The notes: generated from the letters alone by a model not told the origin. A stretch of 32,000 bases of DNA from Halomicronema sp. (GCA_036704045.1 DATNQM010000009.1:43563-75562); one strand, 5' to 3'; positions 19,150 to 28,660 are shown, counted from the first letter of the stretch. Made by a program: numbers and translations.

Positions 19150-19938
19150 TTAAATGCGAAATCCGTATTTTTGAAAGATTGCTTTTGCTGTATTTCCTTT
19201 GAGGAAGTTTACAAAGTCTCTGCTTGCTTGAAGATTTTTGCTATTCTTTAAAACCGCTACTGGATAAACAATTGGAGAGTGTAAGTTTTCTGGGGCTGTG
19301 GCGCGAATTTGGACTTTATTTGATTCTTTTGCATCTGTTAAGTAAACAATGCCGGCATCGATATTGCCTGTTTCAACAAATGTCAAAACTTGTCGCACAT
19401 TATTGGCAAAGACTAACTTAGATTTAATGTCGTTAAAAAGCCCTAAGTTTGTCAAAACTTCCTGAGCATATTGCCCCGCCGGCACGCTTTTTGGTTCTCC
19501 GATTGCAATACGTTTAATATCTGATTTTTTTAATTCTTCAAAATTCCTAATTTCTACCCCGTTTTTTGGGGTAATTAAAACTAGCCGGTTTGTCAGCAAG
19601 TTAATCCGCGTATCCGGTAGCAATAAGCCTTTTTGTTGTAAAGCATCCATCGGTTTTTTTGCAGCAGAAATAAATACGTCTACTGGCGCGCCTTGTTCGA
19701 TTTGTTGTTGCAATGCACCCGAAGCGCCAAAATTATAATTAACTCCAAATTGTGCCTTACTTTGTTGATAAAGTGGCTTGATTTCTTGCAAAGCATTTGA
19801 GAGACTAATGGCAGCCGATACTGTTAAACTTGTTTGTTGGGATACTGGCACTAACAAGAAATTTTTATGCAGTAAAAAAGACAGGAAAAGTCCACCAATT
19901 AAACACAGAATAACTATATTTTTTTTGTTCATTATCAA
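19150..19938 (-). CDS. modA: Molybdate ABC transporter substrate-binding protein
   Basis: LTVSAAISLSNALQEIKPLYQQSK...YNFGASGALQQQIEQGAPVDVFISAAKKPMDAL...GNIDAGIVYLTDAK; ModA family. Confidence 0.96.
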   Translation of the reverse strand: MIMNKKNIVILCLIGGLFLSFLLHKNFLLVPVSQQTSLTVSAAISLSNALQEIKPLYQQSKAQFGVNYNFGASGALQQQIEQGAPVDVFISAAKKPMDALQQKGLLLPDTRINLLTNRLVLITPKNGVEIRNFEELKKSDIKRIAIGEPKSVPAGQYAQEVLTNLGLFNDIKSKLVFANNVRQVLTFVETGNIDAGIVYLTDAKESNKVQIRATAPENLHSPIVYPVAVLKNSKNLQASRDFVNFLKGNTAKAIFQKYGFRI

Positions 19939-19976
19939 CTTTTTTGAAAATTACACTTTACCACAAATCAGAAAAC

Positions 19977-20936
19977 TTAAGGATTAAAAGGTTGAGATTT
20001 TCCCCCCAAGGCATCCACAATAGTTCGAGTATTAGCTACAATCATTTTTATATACGAATCACCTTCGCTTCCTGGTGCGCCAATTGAATCAGAATACAGC
20101 TGTTTTGGTGATAATTTAACTCCAGATTCTTGAGCAACAGTTGTAATTAAAGTTGGGTTAATTGTTGTTTCTGCAAAAAGAGCTTTTACTCGTTTAGATT
20201 TAATAGAATTGACTAAGTTTTTCACTGTTTGTGCGCTTGGTTGTTCCTCTGTACTAATGCCTATTAAAGTGCCTATAATTTCTAAATTATAAGCCTTAGC
20301 ATAATATTGAAACGCGTCGTGAGTAGTTACTAACAAACGCTGGTTTGGTGGTATAGTTGCAATTTGCTCACTAACCCATTGATCTAAACTTTCTAATTCT
20401 GCGGTAAGTTTGGCAGCATTTGTAGTGAATTTTTCTTTGTCTTCTGGAGAAAGCTGAATCAATTCATCTCGAATTGCATTAGACATTTTAATTACATTTT
20501 TAACATCTCCCCAAACATGAGGATCGGGTACTTTTTCTGCTTTTTTTTGTAATTCTAAAGGCTGAATAACTTCACCCACCGGCACCTGTTTTGCTTTTCC
20601 TCCTGATGTTTTCATCAGTTTAATTAAACCAGGCTCTAAATTGTAGCCATTATATAAAATTAATTGTGCTTTTTCTAAAGCAACACTATCCGCCGGCACC
20701 GGCTCATAAACATGGGGATCTGTCCCTGGTTTTAAAATGCCAATTAGCTTAATTTCATCCCCAGCAATGTCATCAGTCAAATCTTCAATAATTGTACTAG
20801 TTGCAACTACATTCGGTTTATTTTCTTGGGTTTTTTGCTCGTTTTTCGATGGGGAAATACATCCACTTATCGAAACACAGATAAACATTAAACATCCTAT
20901 TAAACTAATATTTTTGTTTTTTTGAATCAGGCTCAT
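19977..20936 (-). CDS. mntC: Mn-type metal ABC transporter substrate-binding lipoprotein
   Basis: Lipobox-like SISGC, metal-ligand motifs DPHVYEP, DPHVWGD, FAETTINP and YSDSI; no His-rich loop, which favours Mn over Zn. Confidence 0.88.
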   Translation of the reverse strand: MSLIQKNKNISLIGCLMFICVSISGCISPSKNEQKTQENKPNVVATSTIIEDLTDDIAGDEIKLIGILKPGTDPHVYEPVPADSVALEKAQLILYNGYNLEPGLIKLMKTSGGKAKQVPVGEVIQPLELQKKAEKVPDPHVWGDVKNVIKMSNAIRDELIQLSPEDKEKFTTNAAKLTAELESLDQWVSEQIATIPPNQRLLVTTHDAFQYYAKAYNLEIIGTLIGISTEEQPSAQTVKNLVNSIKSKRVKALFAETTINPTLITTVAQESGVKLSPKQLYSDSIGAPGSEGDSYIKMIVANTRTIVDALGGKSQPFNP

Positions 20937-21003
20937 AAGCTACCTCTATCTATCGAATTATGCCGGTTTATAGATTTTTTCATTTTTCTTTCATTTTTGA
21001 GGT

Positions 21004-21915
21004 ATGCTGGTAAAAAGTCAACCCTATTACCCGATTTTCACCACCCAAAAGAAAAAATGGGTAACTAAAAAAGCACATTATATAACTAATTCCTTCACCA
21101 TGAACAGTTCTAAGCAGCTAAAAAACACTAAATGTCTCCCTTGGCAAACCCATTGTTACCAAAGCTTTGAGGCTGCTAAACCGGCACAAAGCATCAGCGT
21201 TAGCCATCTAGGAGTTAACTACCGCAATGTGGAAGCCTTACGAGATATTAATTGTATCATTCGTCCGGGTAGGCTCACAGGCATTATTGGGCCTAATGGG
21301 GCCGGTAAAAGCACCCTCCTCAAAGCTATGCTAGGCTTAGTTTCTAGCCACAGCGGTCAAGTTATGTGGGGTACACAATCTCTCTCACAACAACTCCATA
21401 ACATTGCTTACGTTCCTCAACGCTCACAAATAGACTGGACTTATCCCGCCACCGTTTGGGATGTCGTGATGATGGGAAGAGTCAAAAAAACTGGCCTTTT
21501 TCGTCGTTTTTCTACTGTCAGCGGCAAAATTGCCGAAAATTCTTTATCTCGCGTCGGAATGCTCGACTATCGTAATCGTCGCATAGGTGATCTCTCTGGA
21601 GGACAACAACAACGAGTCTTTTTAGCCCGCTCCCTCGCTCAAGAAGCGGAAATTTTTTGTTTTGATGAACCTTTTGTGGGCATCGATCAAAAAACCCAAA
21701 ATATCATTTTTAACATCTTTCAAGAACTAGCAGCAGCCGGAAAAATAGTATTAGTTGTTAACCACGATTTAGGGCAATCAATTACTCATTTTGACGACTT
21801 AGTTTTACTCAATCAAGAAGTCATTGCCACCGGCACTCGTCAACAAGTCCTCACTCCAGAAAACCTCTACCTTGCCTATGGTGGTCATGTTATGTTTTTC
21901 GCCGAAGCAGCTTAA
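21004..21915 (+). CDS. mntA: Mn-type ABC transporter ATP-binding protein; the true start is probably ATG at 21100
   Basis: GPNGAGKSTLLKAMLG, LSGGQQQRVFLARSLAQEAEIFCFDEPF. The first 32 residues look non-conserved, and MNSSKQLKNTKC begins at 21100. Confidence 0.92.
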   Translation: MLVKSQPYYPIFTTQKKKWVTKKAHYITNSFTMNSSKQLKNTKCLPWQTHCYQSFEAAKPAQSISVSHLGVNYRNVEALRDINCIIRPGRLTGIIGPNGAGKSTLLKAMLGLVSSHSGQVMWGTQSLSQQLHNIAYVPQRSQIDWTYPATVWDVVMMGRVKKTGLFRRFSTVSGKIAENSLSRVGMLDYRNRRIGDLSGGQQQRVFLARSLAQEAEIFCFDEPFVGIDQKTQNIIFNIFQELAAAGKIVLVVNHDLGQSITHFDDLVLLNQEVIATGTRQQVLTPENLYLAYGGHVMFFAEAA

Positions 21916-21944
21916 AAATATCCCCCTTATTCTCAATTTTTACT

Positions 21945-22796
21945 ATGTTAGAATCCTTAATTGAGCCATTACAATATGGCTTTATGCAACGTTCCCTGAT
22001 TATTGCAATTTTAGTGGGATTAACTTGTGCTGTTGTCGGCAGTTATTTGATGGTACAAAGACTCGCCTTACTCGGTGATGCCATTAGTCATTCTGTCTTA
22101 CCAGGTCTAGCAATTTCCTTTATTTTAGGCGGCAATATTTTCATCGGCGCTTTTATTGCCGGCATCCTCAGTACCGTTGCTATTGCTTGGATTCGCACTC
22201 GTTCTCCTATCAAAGAAGATGCGGCAATGGGCATTGTTTTATCATCATTTTTTGCCCTGGGAATCACTTTAATTACTCTTGTGCAAAAAGACAACAAAAT
22301 TGACCTCAATCATTTCTTGTTTGGTAATATTCTCGGTGTTTCTCCCGACGAAGTTAGAGACACAGCTTTAATAGCTGCATTAGTTTTATTTGTAGTAATT
22401 ATCCTCTACAAAGAACTCCTATTTTATACCTTTGACCCCACCGGCGCAAAAGCAGTCGGTTTGCCTGTTAATTGGCTAAATTTTGGGTTAATGGTATTAA
22501 TAGCCTTGACAGTTGTAGCCAGCATGAAAGCAGTGGGAGTTGTCTTAGTTTTATCTCTGTTAATTACACCAGGTGCCACCGCTTATTTACTTGTTCCGCG
22601 CCTCCATCAAATTATGTTTTTAGGTGCAATTATTGGCATCATTTCTAGCATTGCCGGAATGTATCTGAGTTATTTCTATAACCTACCTTCTGGCCCGGCT
22701 ATTGTTTTAGTTGTCTCAGGATTATTTGTTTTAGCTTTGTTTTTTAGCCCCAGTTATGGAGTTTTTACCCAAAAACTTTTTGCCAATAACAAGTAA
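21945..22796 (+). CDS. mntB: Mn-type ABC transporter permease
   Basis: GLTCAVVGSYLMVQRLALLGDAISHSVLPGLAISF...GVVLVLSLLITPGATAYLL; ABC-3 permease family. Confidence 0.94.
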   Translation: MLESLIEPLQYGFMQRSLIIAILVGLTCAVVGSYLMVQRLALLGDAISHSVLPGLAISFILGGNIFIGAFIAGILSTVAIAWIRTRSPIKEDAAMGIVLSSFFALGITLITLVQKDNKIDLNHFLFGNILGVSPDEVRDTALIAALVLFVVIILYKELLFYTFDPTGAKAVGLPVNWLNFGLMVLIALTVVASMKAVGVVLVLSLLITPGATAYLLVPRLHQIMFLGAIIGIISSIAGMYLSYFYNLPSGPAIVLVVSGLFVLALFFSPSYGVFTQKLFANNK

Positions 22797-22924
22797 CAAA
22801 TATAGTTTATAAAATAATTTATATAATTAAGAAATAGCTGGTTTCTGAGGGAAATCGGCTATTGAAATTGTGCCAATTATAAAATATTAGGTATAATATA
22901 TAGAAGAAAAAAATAGAGGCTTTT

Positions 22925-24355
22925 ATGGGTAAACGTTTATTTGGGGGATTTTTCGTAATAATTTTAATCGTCTCTTTGGCAATTATTTTAATACAAACTC
23001 AACCAAAATTTAACAAACCCTTTGCGCGGTCAGAAGCCTCTTTAAACGAACCCTGGCCAGTACAAACCGGCCTGCGAATAGCAACCTTAAATAAGCGTAT
23101 TCCTACCATAGATCGTGTCGTAATTGTTCCCGATGAAACTACTTTTTTAGCAGCTATAAATCAATGGAGTTTAAAAGGCAGATGGCCGATCTTAATCGAA
23201 GATAAACAATATACCCCTCTATTTCTTAATAAATTTAAAGCAGCCGAAGTTATTAAAATGCCGGCCGTCACAGCCCCGCCTAATCAAAACTTGCAAGAAG
23301 CAATGTTAAAAGCTGTTGCAAACGCATGGGAAGCAAAAGATAATGCTTCCTTGAAAAAAAAATGGGATAATTTAGGCTGGGAACCGCCAGGGGTTGTTTT
23401 CACCTCCTCTAAAGACTCTGCATGGCCGGCAGCCGTTGCCTTAGCAGCAGATCGCGGACAGCCTTTAGTATTCTTGGAAAATGATTTTGGTAGCCCCAAC
23501 AACAGCCTCACAACCGAACAGTGGGAAACCTTAAAAAATGAAATTAAACAAGGCGTAGAAAACACCGGCTACTCCTACGAAGATCAAGCTGACTCTATTG
23601 ATACCATCACTCTTGTTCGTAGTCTGGCTGTTAAATATCAATCTCCTAATAAAACCGACGAATTTTTATCTGTCACAGACGGTTTAAGTCGCAATATAAA
23701 TCAGACTCGCTGGGCCGTTACTAGCTGGATTTATGGAACACCGGCCCGCAGTGTATATCAAGCCATGTCCGCCATATTTCTACAACCAAAAACCGCCCTC
23801 CTTTATGACAGTTATTCCAAAAGTGGAAACTGGAAAAAATATGAAATGACCGAAGCCGCCAAAGAACTAAAAAAAATGGAAATAGATGTCACAATGGTAG
23901 AAAGACCGGCCTCAGATTTAGAAACTTGGCAAAGTTTAGCCGCCAAAAAATGGGAATATGATTTAATCTTAGTAAATTCCGCCGGTAGCCCCCAAAATTT
24001 TCATGTGGGTCGCCAAGACTACGCCACAGTTAAAGACATTCCCAAACTAAATTACCCCGCCGCTATTCATTTTATCCACAGTTGGTCAGCCACCACTCCC
24101 GATGATAAAGAAACCGTTGCCGGTCGTTGGTTAGAAAATGGCGCCTATATGTACACCGGCAGCGTTCAAGAACCCTATTTATCTGCCTTCATTCCCCCAC
24201 GATTAATTGTCAGGCGTTTACAACGTTCTTCACCTTTTTTAATCGCCGTTCGTCAGCTGGAAATGGAACCTTGGAAAATTACAACTATTGGCGACCCTTT
24301 AACAATTTTCACTAACCCCAGACGTCGAACTCCCCCTACCAAACTACCTCTTTAA
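22925..24355 (+). CDS. Uncharacterised cyanobacterial protein with N-terminal membrane anchor/signal
   Basis: 476 aa, strong ORF. N-terminal hydrophobic FFVIILIVSLAIILIQT, then a soluble region; C-terminal AAIHFIHSWSATTPDDKETVAGRWLENGAYMYTGSVQEPYLSAFIPP. Confidence 0.85.
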   Translation: MGKRLFGGFFVIILIVSLAIILIQTQPKFNKPFARSEASLNEPWPVQTGLRIATLNKRIPTIDRVVIVPDETTFLAAINQWSLKGRWPILIEDKQYTPLFLNKFKAAEVIKMPAVTAPPNQNLQEAMLKAVANAWEAKDNASLKKKWDNLGWEPPGVVFTSSKDSAWPAAVALAADRGQPLVFLENDFGSPNNSLTTEQWETLKNEIKQGVENTGYSYEDQADSIDTITLVRSLAVKYQSPNKTDEFLSVTDGLSRNINQTRWAVTSWIYGTPARSVYQAMSAIFLQPKTALLYDSYSKSGNWKKYEMTEAAKELKKMEIDVTMVERPASDLETWQSLAAKKWEYDLILVNSAGSPQNFHVGRQDYATVKDIPKLNYPAAIHFIHSWSATTPDDKETVAGRWLENGAYMYTGSVQEPYLSAFIPPRLIVRRLQRSSPFLIAVRQLEMEPWKITTIGDPLTIFTNPRRRTPPTKLPL

Positions 24356-24456
24356 TTACACTCAAAACATCCTCTTTAGCCCTAAATAAACTTCCCATCA
24401 AATACATCTCTTATTTACTTAAACATTTTTTTGAAACCCAAGTAAAAAAGCCATGT

Positions 24457-26577
24457 TTAATCAAAAAATTGACCCAAGTCTATATTGAAACCCTGCCAGC
24501 TTTTATTATCCTTCAAAGACCTTTTATTTTTTTGTCTATTCAACACTTCCTCAGTCCTCAACAAAGCCTCTTTTCCTTCTTCAAAATCCGGTTTTATTAC
24601 CTCTGTTTTTTGATAAGCAATTTTCGCCTCTTCATAACGTTTTAACTGAAACAAAGCATTACCCTTGCTATACCAAGCCTGATAATCATCCGCTTTCATA
24701 TTCACTGCATTTTCATAGGACTTAACCGCTTCTTCATACCGGCCTAAATTATATAAAACATTGCCATGATTATACCAAGCCCCCGGATAACTCGACTGCA
24801 AATTTAACACTGTATTATAAGCCTCCAGGGCTTTATCAAACCGTTTTAATTGATGCCATCCCCACCCCAATTGATACCAAGTATCCCCATCATTTGAGTT
24901 TAAACTAACAGCTTTTTCATAAAACTCAACAGCCTCCTTATACTCCTGCAAATTATTTAGCGCATTGCCCAAACTTTTTAAAGCTAAATAATAATTATTG
25001 TCAAAATTCACCGCTTGTCTATAAGCTTTAACTGCCTCTTTAATTGAATCTAAACGAGTCAAAGAATTGCCCATATTGTACCAAGCTTTAGGATAATCTG
25101 GCTTAACTTCCACCGCCCTTTTATAAGAATTTACCGCCTCTTCATAGCGCTTTAAACTATGCAAAGCCCAGCCCCGTCTTTCCCAAGCTTCATATAAATT
25201 TGGCTGAAATTCTACAGCCTTATCATAGGAAACCACCGCCTCATCATAACGCTGTAACTGCAAAAGCAACTCCCCTTTTTCATACCAAATTTTTGCAGTA
25301 TTTGGCTTAATTTTTAGCCCTTGATCAAAAGCTTCAATCGCTTCATTATATTTTTTCAACTGCGCCAAAACCAAACCCCGCCCCACCCAAGCATCTAAAA
25401 AATCAGGCTGAAAATAAATAGCTTTATCAAAAGCTTCTAAAGATTCTTTATAACGCTTTAACCCATAAAAAGCCTCGGCTTGAATTTCCCACGCCTCCGC
25501 ATAATCAGGTTTTAATTCTAAGGCTTTTTCCAAAAGTGCAATAGCTTCATTTTCTCGCTTTAATTTTAACAATGTATTGGCCTGATTATATAAACCCGTT
25601 GCCGTAGAATTATTAAAATTTTTCACAGCCAAATAACCAGCCGTACTCACCCCAAATCCTAATAAAAAAAACAATGCAATTTTAATCCACAATTTTTGAA
25701 CTAATGGATTTTTAGGGGCCGAAAAATTCCCCACCGGCACTTTTGTAGAAATTCCAGATTTAATATCTTCAATAGCCTGCAAAGCCTCCCTTGCCGAAGC
25801 ATATCGCTGACGAAAATCATAGCACACCATCTTATCAATAACTCTTGCCAAATCATCACTTATTTCTATATCATCACGCCAGATAATTTCCAGAGTATTT
25901 AAATCAGTTTTAAACTGATTTGGATAACTATTTGTTAAAGCTTGAATAGCCAAAACTCCCACCGCATAAATATCACTACTGGGCTTTGGAAAACCATTTG
26001 CTTGTTCACTGGGCATATAACCAGGAGTTCCAATACTGACACTTAAATTTGTTTGCCCCAAAGCATTAAATGATTGAGTTGTAATTTGTTTGACAGCCCC
26101 AAAATCAATTAACACTAACTTTCCATCATTTTTGCGGCGAATAATATTATGAGGATTAACATCTCTGTGAATCACATTGTGGCTGTGAACAAAGGTTAAA
26201 ATTTCTAAAATTTCCCTTAATAAATTAATAACTTGTGCTTCCTTAAACCCAACACCGGCCTTTAATTCTTCAATTAAACTGCATCCATCAATAAATTCTT
26301 GAACCAAATAAAACTCGTTATTTTCCTCAAAATAAGCATACAGTTTAGGAATTTGGGGATGGCTTCCTAACTGATAAAGCATTTTTGCTTCTGTTTCAAA
26401 TAAGCGTCTAGCTGTTTCTAGCGTCGCCGGATCACTGACTTGCGGCTGAAGCTTTTTAACAACACACTTGGGGTTGTCTGGTAACTGCCGGTCTTCCGCC
26501 AGATAAGTTTGCCCAAAACCACCACCACCCAAATGATTGATAATTTGATAGCGTCCACCAATAGTTGTTTGCAGCAT
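24457..26577 (-). CDS. Serine/threonine protein kinase-like protein with C-terminal TPR array (the supplied track labels it '+', but the sequence encodes it on '-')
   Basis: ATG is read as cat at 26575-26577 and the TAA as tta at 24457-24459. Reverse complement of 24457-24489 gives FNIDLGQFFD*. GGGGFGQTYLAEDRQLPDNPKCVVKK, HRDVNPHNII, DFGAVK, GTPGYMPSEQ, then TPRs. Confidence 0.95.
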   Translation of the reverse strand: MLQTTIGGRYQIINHLGGGGFGQTYLAEDRQLPDNPKCVVKKLQPQVSDPATLETARRLFETEAKMLYQLGSHPQIPKLYAYFEENNEFYLVQEFIDGCSLIEELKAGVGFKEAQVINLLREILEILTFVHSHNVIHRDVNPHNIIRRKNDGKLVLIDFGAVKQITTQSFNALGQTNLSVSIGTPGYMPSEQANGFPKPSSDIYAVGVLAIQALTNSYPNQFKTDLNTLEIIWRDDIEISDDLARVIDKMVCYDFRQRYASAREALQAIEDIKSGISTKVPVGNFSAPKNPLVQKLWIKIALFFLLGFGVSTAGYLAVKNFNNSTATGLYNQANTLLKLKRENEAIALLEKALELKPDYAEAWEIQAEAFYGLKRYKESLEAFDKAIYFQPDFLDAWVGRGLVLAQLKKYNEAIEAFDQGLKIKPNTAKIWYEKGELLLQLQRYDEAVVSYDKAVEFQPNLYEAWERRGWALHSLKRYEEAVNSYKRAVEVKPDYPKAWYNMGNSLTRLDSIKEAVKAYRQAVNFDNNYYLALKSLGNALNNLQEYKEAVEFYEKAVSLNSNDGDTWYQLGWGWHQLKRFDKALEAYNTVLNLQSSYPGAWYNHGNVLYNLGRYEEAVKSYENAVNMKADDYQAWYSKGNALFQLKRYEEAKIAYQKTEVIKPDFEEGKEALLRTEEVLNRQKNKRSLKDNKSWQGFNIDLGQFFD

Positions 26578-26852
26578 GAGATTTGATGCCGTATTTGGTT
26601 GAATAGCAATCTGTCGTGCAATTAATCATTTTTACACACCAAAGGCTGATTAATGCCAACTCTTGCCCTAACCGCAGCCTCAACTACAGTAACATTTCTG
26701 AAAATGCTAATAAAAAACACTAAAACTTTATGATTCAAATCACGAAATTAACCGCAATTTATCACAGAAAAAACTGCTTGAAATCACTCTTTTTTTATTA
26801 TAAATAAAAGACAATAATAATTGTAAACTTATCTTGTGCTTTAGTGCTTTTT

Positions 26853-27011
26853 ATGAATACCCAACAACAAAACCAACCAATCAAACAACACGAAACCCCC
26901 GAAGAGTTACAAGCCTTAGCTAGAACCTTTATCGTCGGTATTGCTTGGTCTATGGCCGGTTTATTTGAAGAAAATAGACCGAAAACCGAACAAAAAAGAG
27001 CCGGCCCGTAA
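26853..27011 (+). CDS. Small hypothetical protein (52 aa)
   Basis: MNTQQQNQPIKQHETPEELQALARTFIVGIAWSMAGLFEENRPKTEQKRAGP*. No clear family; a terminator-like hairpin follows. Confidence 0.55.
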   Translation: MNTQQQNQPIKQHETPEELQALARTFIVGIAWSMAGLFEENRPKTEQKRAGP

Positions 27012-27023
27012 GCCCCTACCTTA

Positions 27024-27048
27024 GCCCCTCAGTACAGCAGGGGCTTAT
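27024..27048 (+). terminator. Terminator-like hairpin
   Basis: AGCCCCTcagtacagcAGGGGCTtatctcttt. Confidence 0.55.
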
Positions 27049-27135
27049 CTCTTTCAACACAATAAAACACAAACAAAATTACCCACCGGCTGCTAAAATA
27101 TTTCCTAACCTTTGAATCCCTCTGGCGTTGAGCAA

Positions 27136-27468
27136 ATGTCTGAGCCAATTCCATCCATCACACTACCACCGGCCCAAAACCCCCAACAAGAAGGGCAATG
27201 GTTACAAAAAACTTTGCACGAATGGCTAGATCAAGAATTCCTACCAGAAGCCATCAATCAAATTATTGCTGAACGTGCAGCCCAAATTTTTGTGCGACAT
27301 CGCATGGAAGGCGAAAATGACGTTGGCCAATTAGTCATAGCCATCGTTACCGAAATGCAAGCCTTTGATTTTTCTAAAAGCTTTTTTGGAGAATTTGCTG
27401 TTGCCAACGCCGTCAGCGATCTCCTACTGCAAAGCCTTGACATCAACCCTCGCTGTTGCGGTCAATAA
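27136..27468 (+). CDS. Small hypothetical protein (110 aa from ATG 27136; the track uses TTG 27112)
   Basis: MSEPIPSITLPPAQNPQQEGQWLQKTLHEWLDQEFLPEAINQIIAERAAQIFVRHRMEGENDVGQLVIAIVTEMQAFDFSKSFFGEFAVANAVSDLLLQSLD; ends at a strong terminator. Confidence 0.75.
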   Translation: MSEPIPSITLPPAQNPQQEGQWLQKTLHEWLDQEFLPEAINQIIAERAAQIFVRHRMEGENDVGQLVIAIVTEMQAFDFSKSFFGEFAVANAVSDLLLQSLDINPRCCGQ

Positions 27469-27497
27469 ACTTAAAATTTACCCTTGACAAAAAGTTG

Positions 27498-27540
27498 AGA
27501 TTTTGGCTTTTAGACGCAACGTCTTCTAAAAGCCAAATCT
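27498..27540. terminator. Bidirectional terminator between convergent genes
   Basis: AGATTTTGGCTTTTAGA...TCTAAAAGCCAAATCT, a ~16-bp stem with one bulge. Confidence 0.85.
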
Positions 27541-27555
27541 TATTGTGTGTTGAGA

Positions 27556-27858
27556 CTACCAGCTTGATTTGACAACGCCGGGGAGTAAACCTTGGTGTGC
27601 CATTTCACGGATAACATGGCGAGAGAGGCCAAAATCACGGTAATAGCCTCTGGGGCGTCCGCTGAACCAGCAACGGTTCCGCAAACGGGTTCTGGAACTG
27701 TCACGGGGCAGTTGTTGAATTTGCCGGTGGATTGCGATTTTTTCGTCGAGGTCGTCGGCTTGTTCAAACGCGATTTTTAAGTCTTCGCGTTTTTGAGCGT
27801 ATTTAGCAACCGTTTTTTGGCGCTTTTTTTCACGCTCAATCATGCTCTTTTTAGCCAT
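27556..27858 (-). CDS. rpsN: 30S ribosomal protein S14
   Basis: [28 protein letters not shown]...[51 protein letters not shown]. Confidence 0.99.
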   Translation of the reverse strand: MAKKSMIEREKKRQKTVAKYAQKREDLKIAFEQADDLDEKIAIHRQIQQLPRDSSRTRLRNRCWFSGRPRGYYRDFGLSRHVIREMAHQGLLPGVVKSSW

Positions 27859-27973
27859 GAAGGATAGGTGTAGTTTTAATTAAAGTCACTATTTCCCATC
27901 ATATTACATTTTTGAGTTAATTGTCATAGCCCTATCCACAATCTTAGGCCAGCCTCCCAGCCTAGCAAATAAC

Positions 27974-28660
27974 TTAATCAACAGCATCCAGCATTTCCGC
28001 CAAAGGTAAACCCGCACTAGGGCAGAGGTCGGCAAGATCGCAATTATCACAAAGAGGTTTGCGGGCAGTGCAGATAGCCCGTCCGTGATAGATAATACTA
28101 ATCGAAAAAATTTCCCAGTCTGTGGAGGGTAAAAGGGCCATTAAATCTCGTTCAATGCGAATAGCATCACCATATTCGGTTAGCCCCAACCGGCGTGAAA
28201 GACGCGTAACGTGGGTATCTACCGTCACACCGGCATTAATTCCGTAGGCATGGGCCAAAACCACATTAGCAGTTTTGCGCGCAACACCAGGAAGTTCTAG
28301 CAGCAACTCCATTCGCTTTGGCACTTCCCCATTGTACTTTTCCACAATCATCCGGCTTGCACCTTGAATATTTTTAGCCTTATTGTGGTAAAAGCCGGTG
28401 GAACGAATCAACGTTTCAATATCTGTAATATCAGCCGCAGCTAGACTAGCAGCATCAGGATAGCGAGCAAACAGAGCCGGAGTAACCTTATTAACTCGTT
28501 CGTCTGTACATTGGGCGGAAAGAATAGTCGCCACCAGCAGTTGGTGAGGAGTCTCGTAGTTCAGACTGCATTTAGCATCTGGGTAAAGGTTTTTAAGCCG
28601 AATCAAAATTTCTAAAGTTCTTTGCTTTAAACTAGGCTTGCGTTTTTTGCTGGTGATCAT
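27974..28660 (-). CDS. nth: Endonuclease III
   Basis: HhH-GPD motif LLELPGVARKTANVVLAHAYG...VDTHVTRLSRRLGL and C-terminal [4Fe-4S] cysteines CTARKPLCDNCDLADLC. Confidence 0.98.
   Translation of the reverse strand: MITSKKRKPSLKQRTLEILIRLKNLYPDAKCSLNYETPHQLLVATILSAQCTDERVNKVTPALFARYPDAASLAAADITDIETLIRSTGFYHNKAKNIQGASRMIVEKYNGEVPKRMELLLELPGVARKTANVVLAHAYGINAGVTVDTHVTRLSRRLGLTEYGDAIRIERDLMALLPSTDWEIFSISIIYHGRAICTARKPLCDNCDLADLCPSAGLPLAEMLDAVD

Noticed and set aside
24457-26577. TPR arrays in the kinase genes and the GT2 gene considered as DNA tandem repeats
   Set aside because: The periodicity is at the protein level (34-aa TPR units) with diverged DNA, so there is no separate repeat feature.
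27540-27767. 75-aa '-' ORF
   Set aside because: Alternative frame over rpsN, which is unambiguous.
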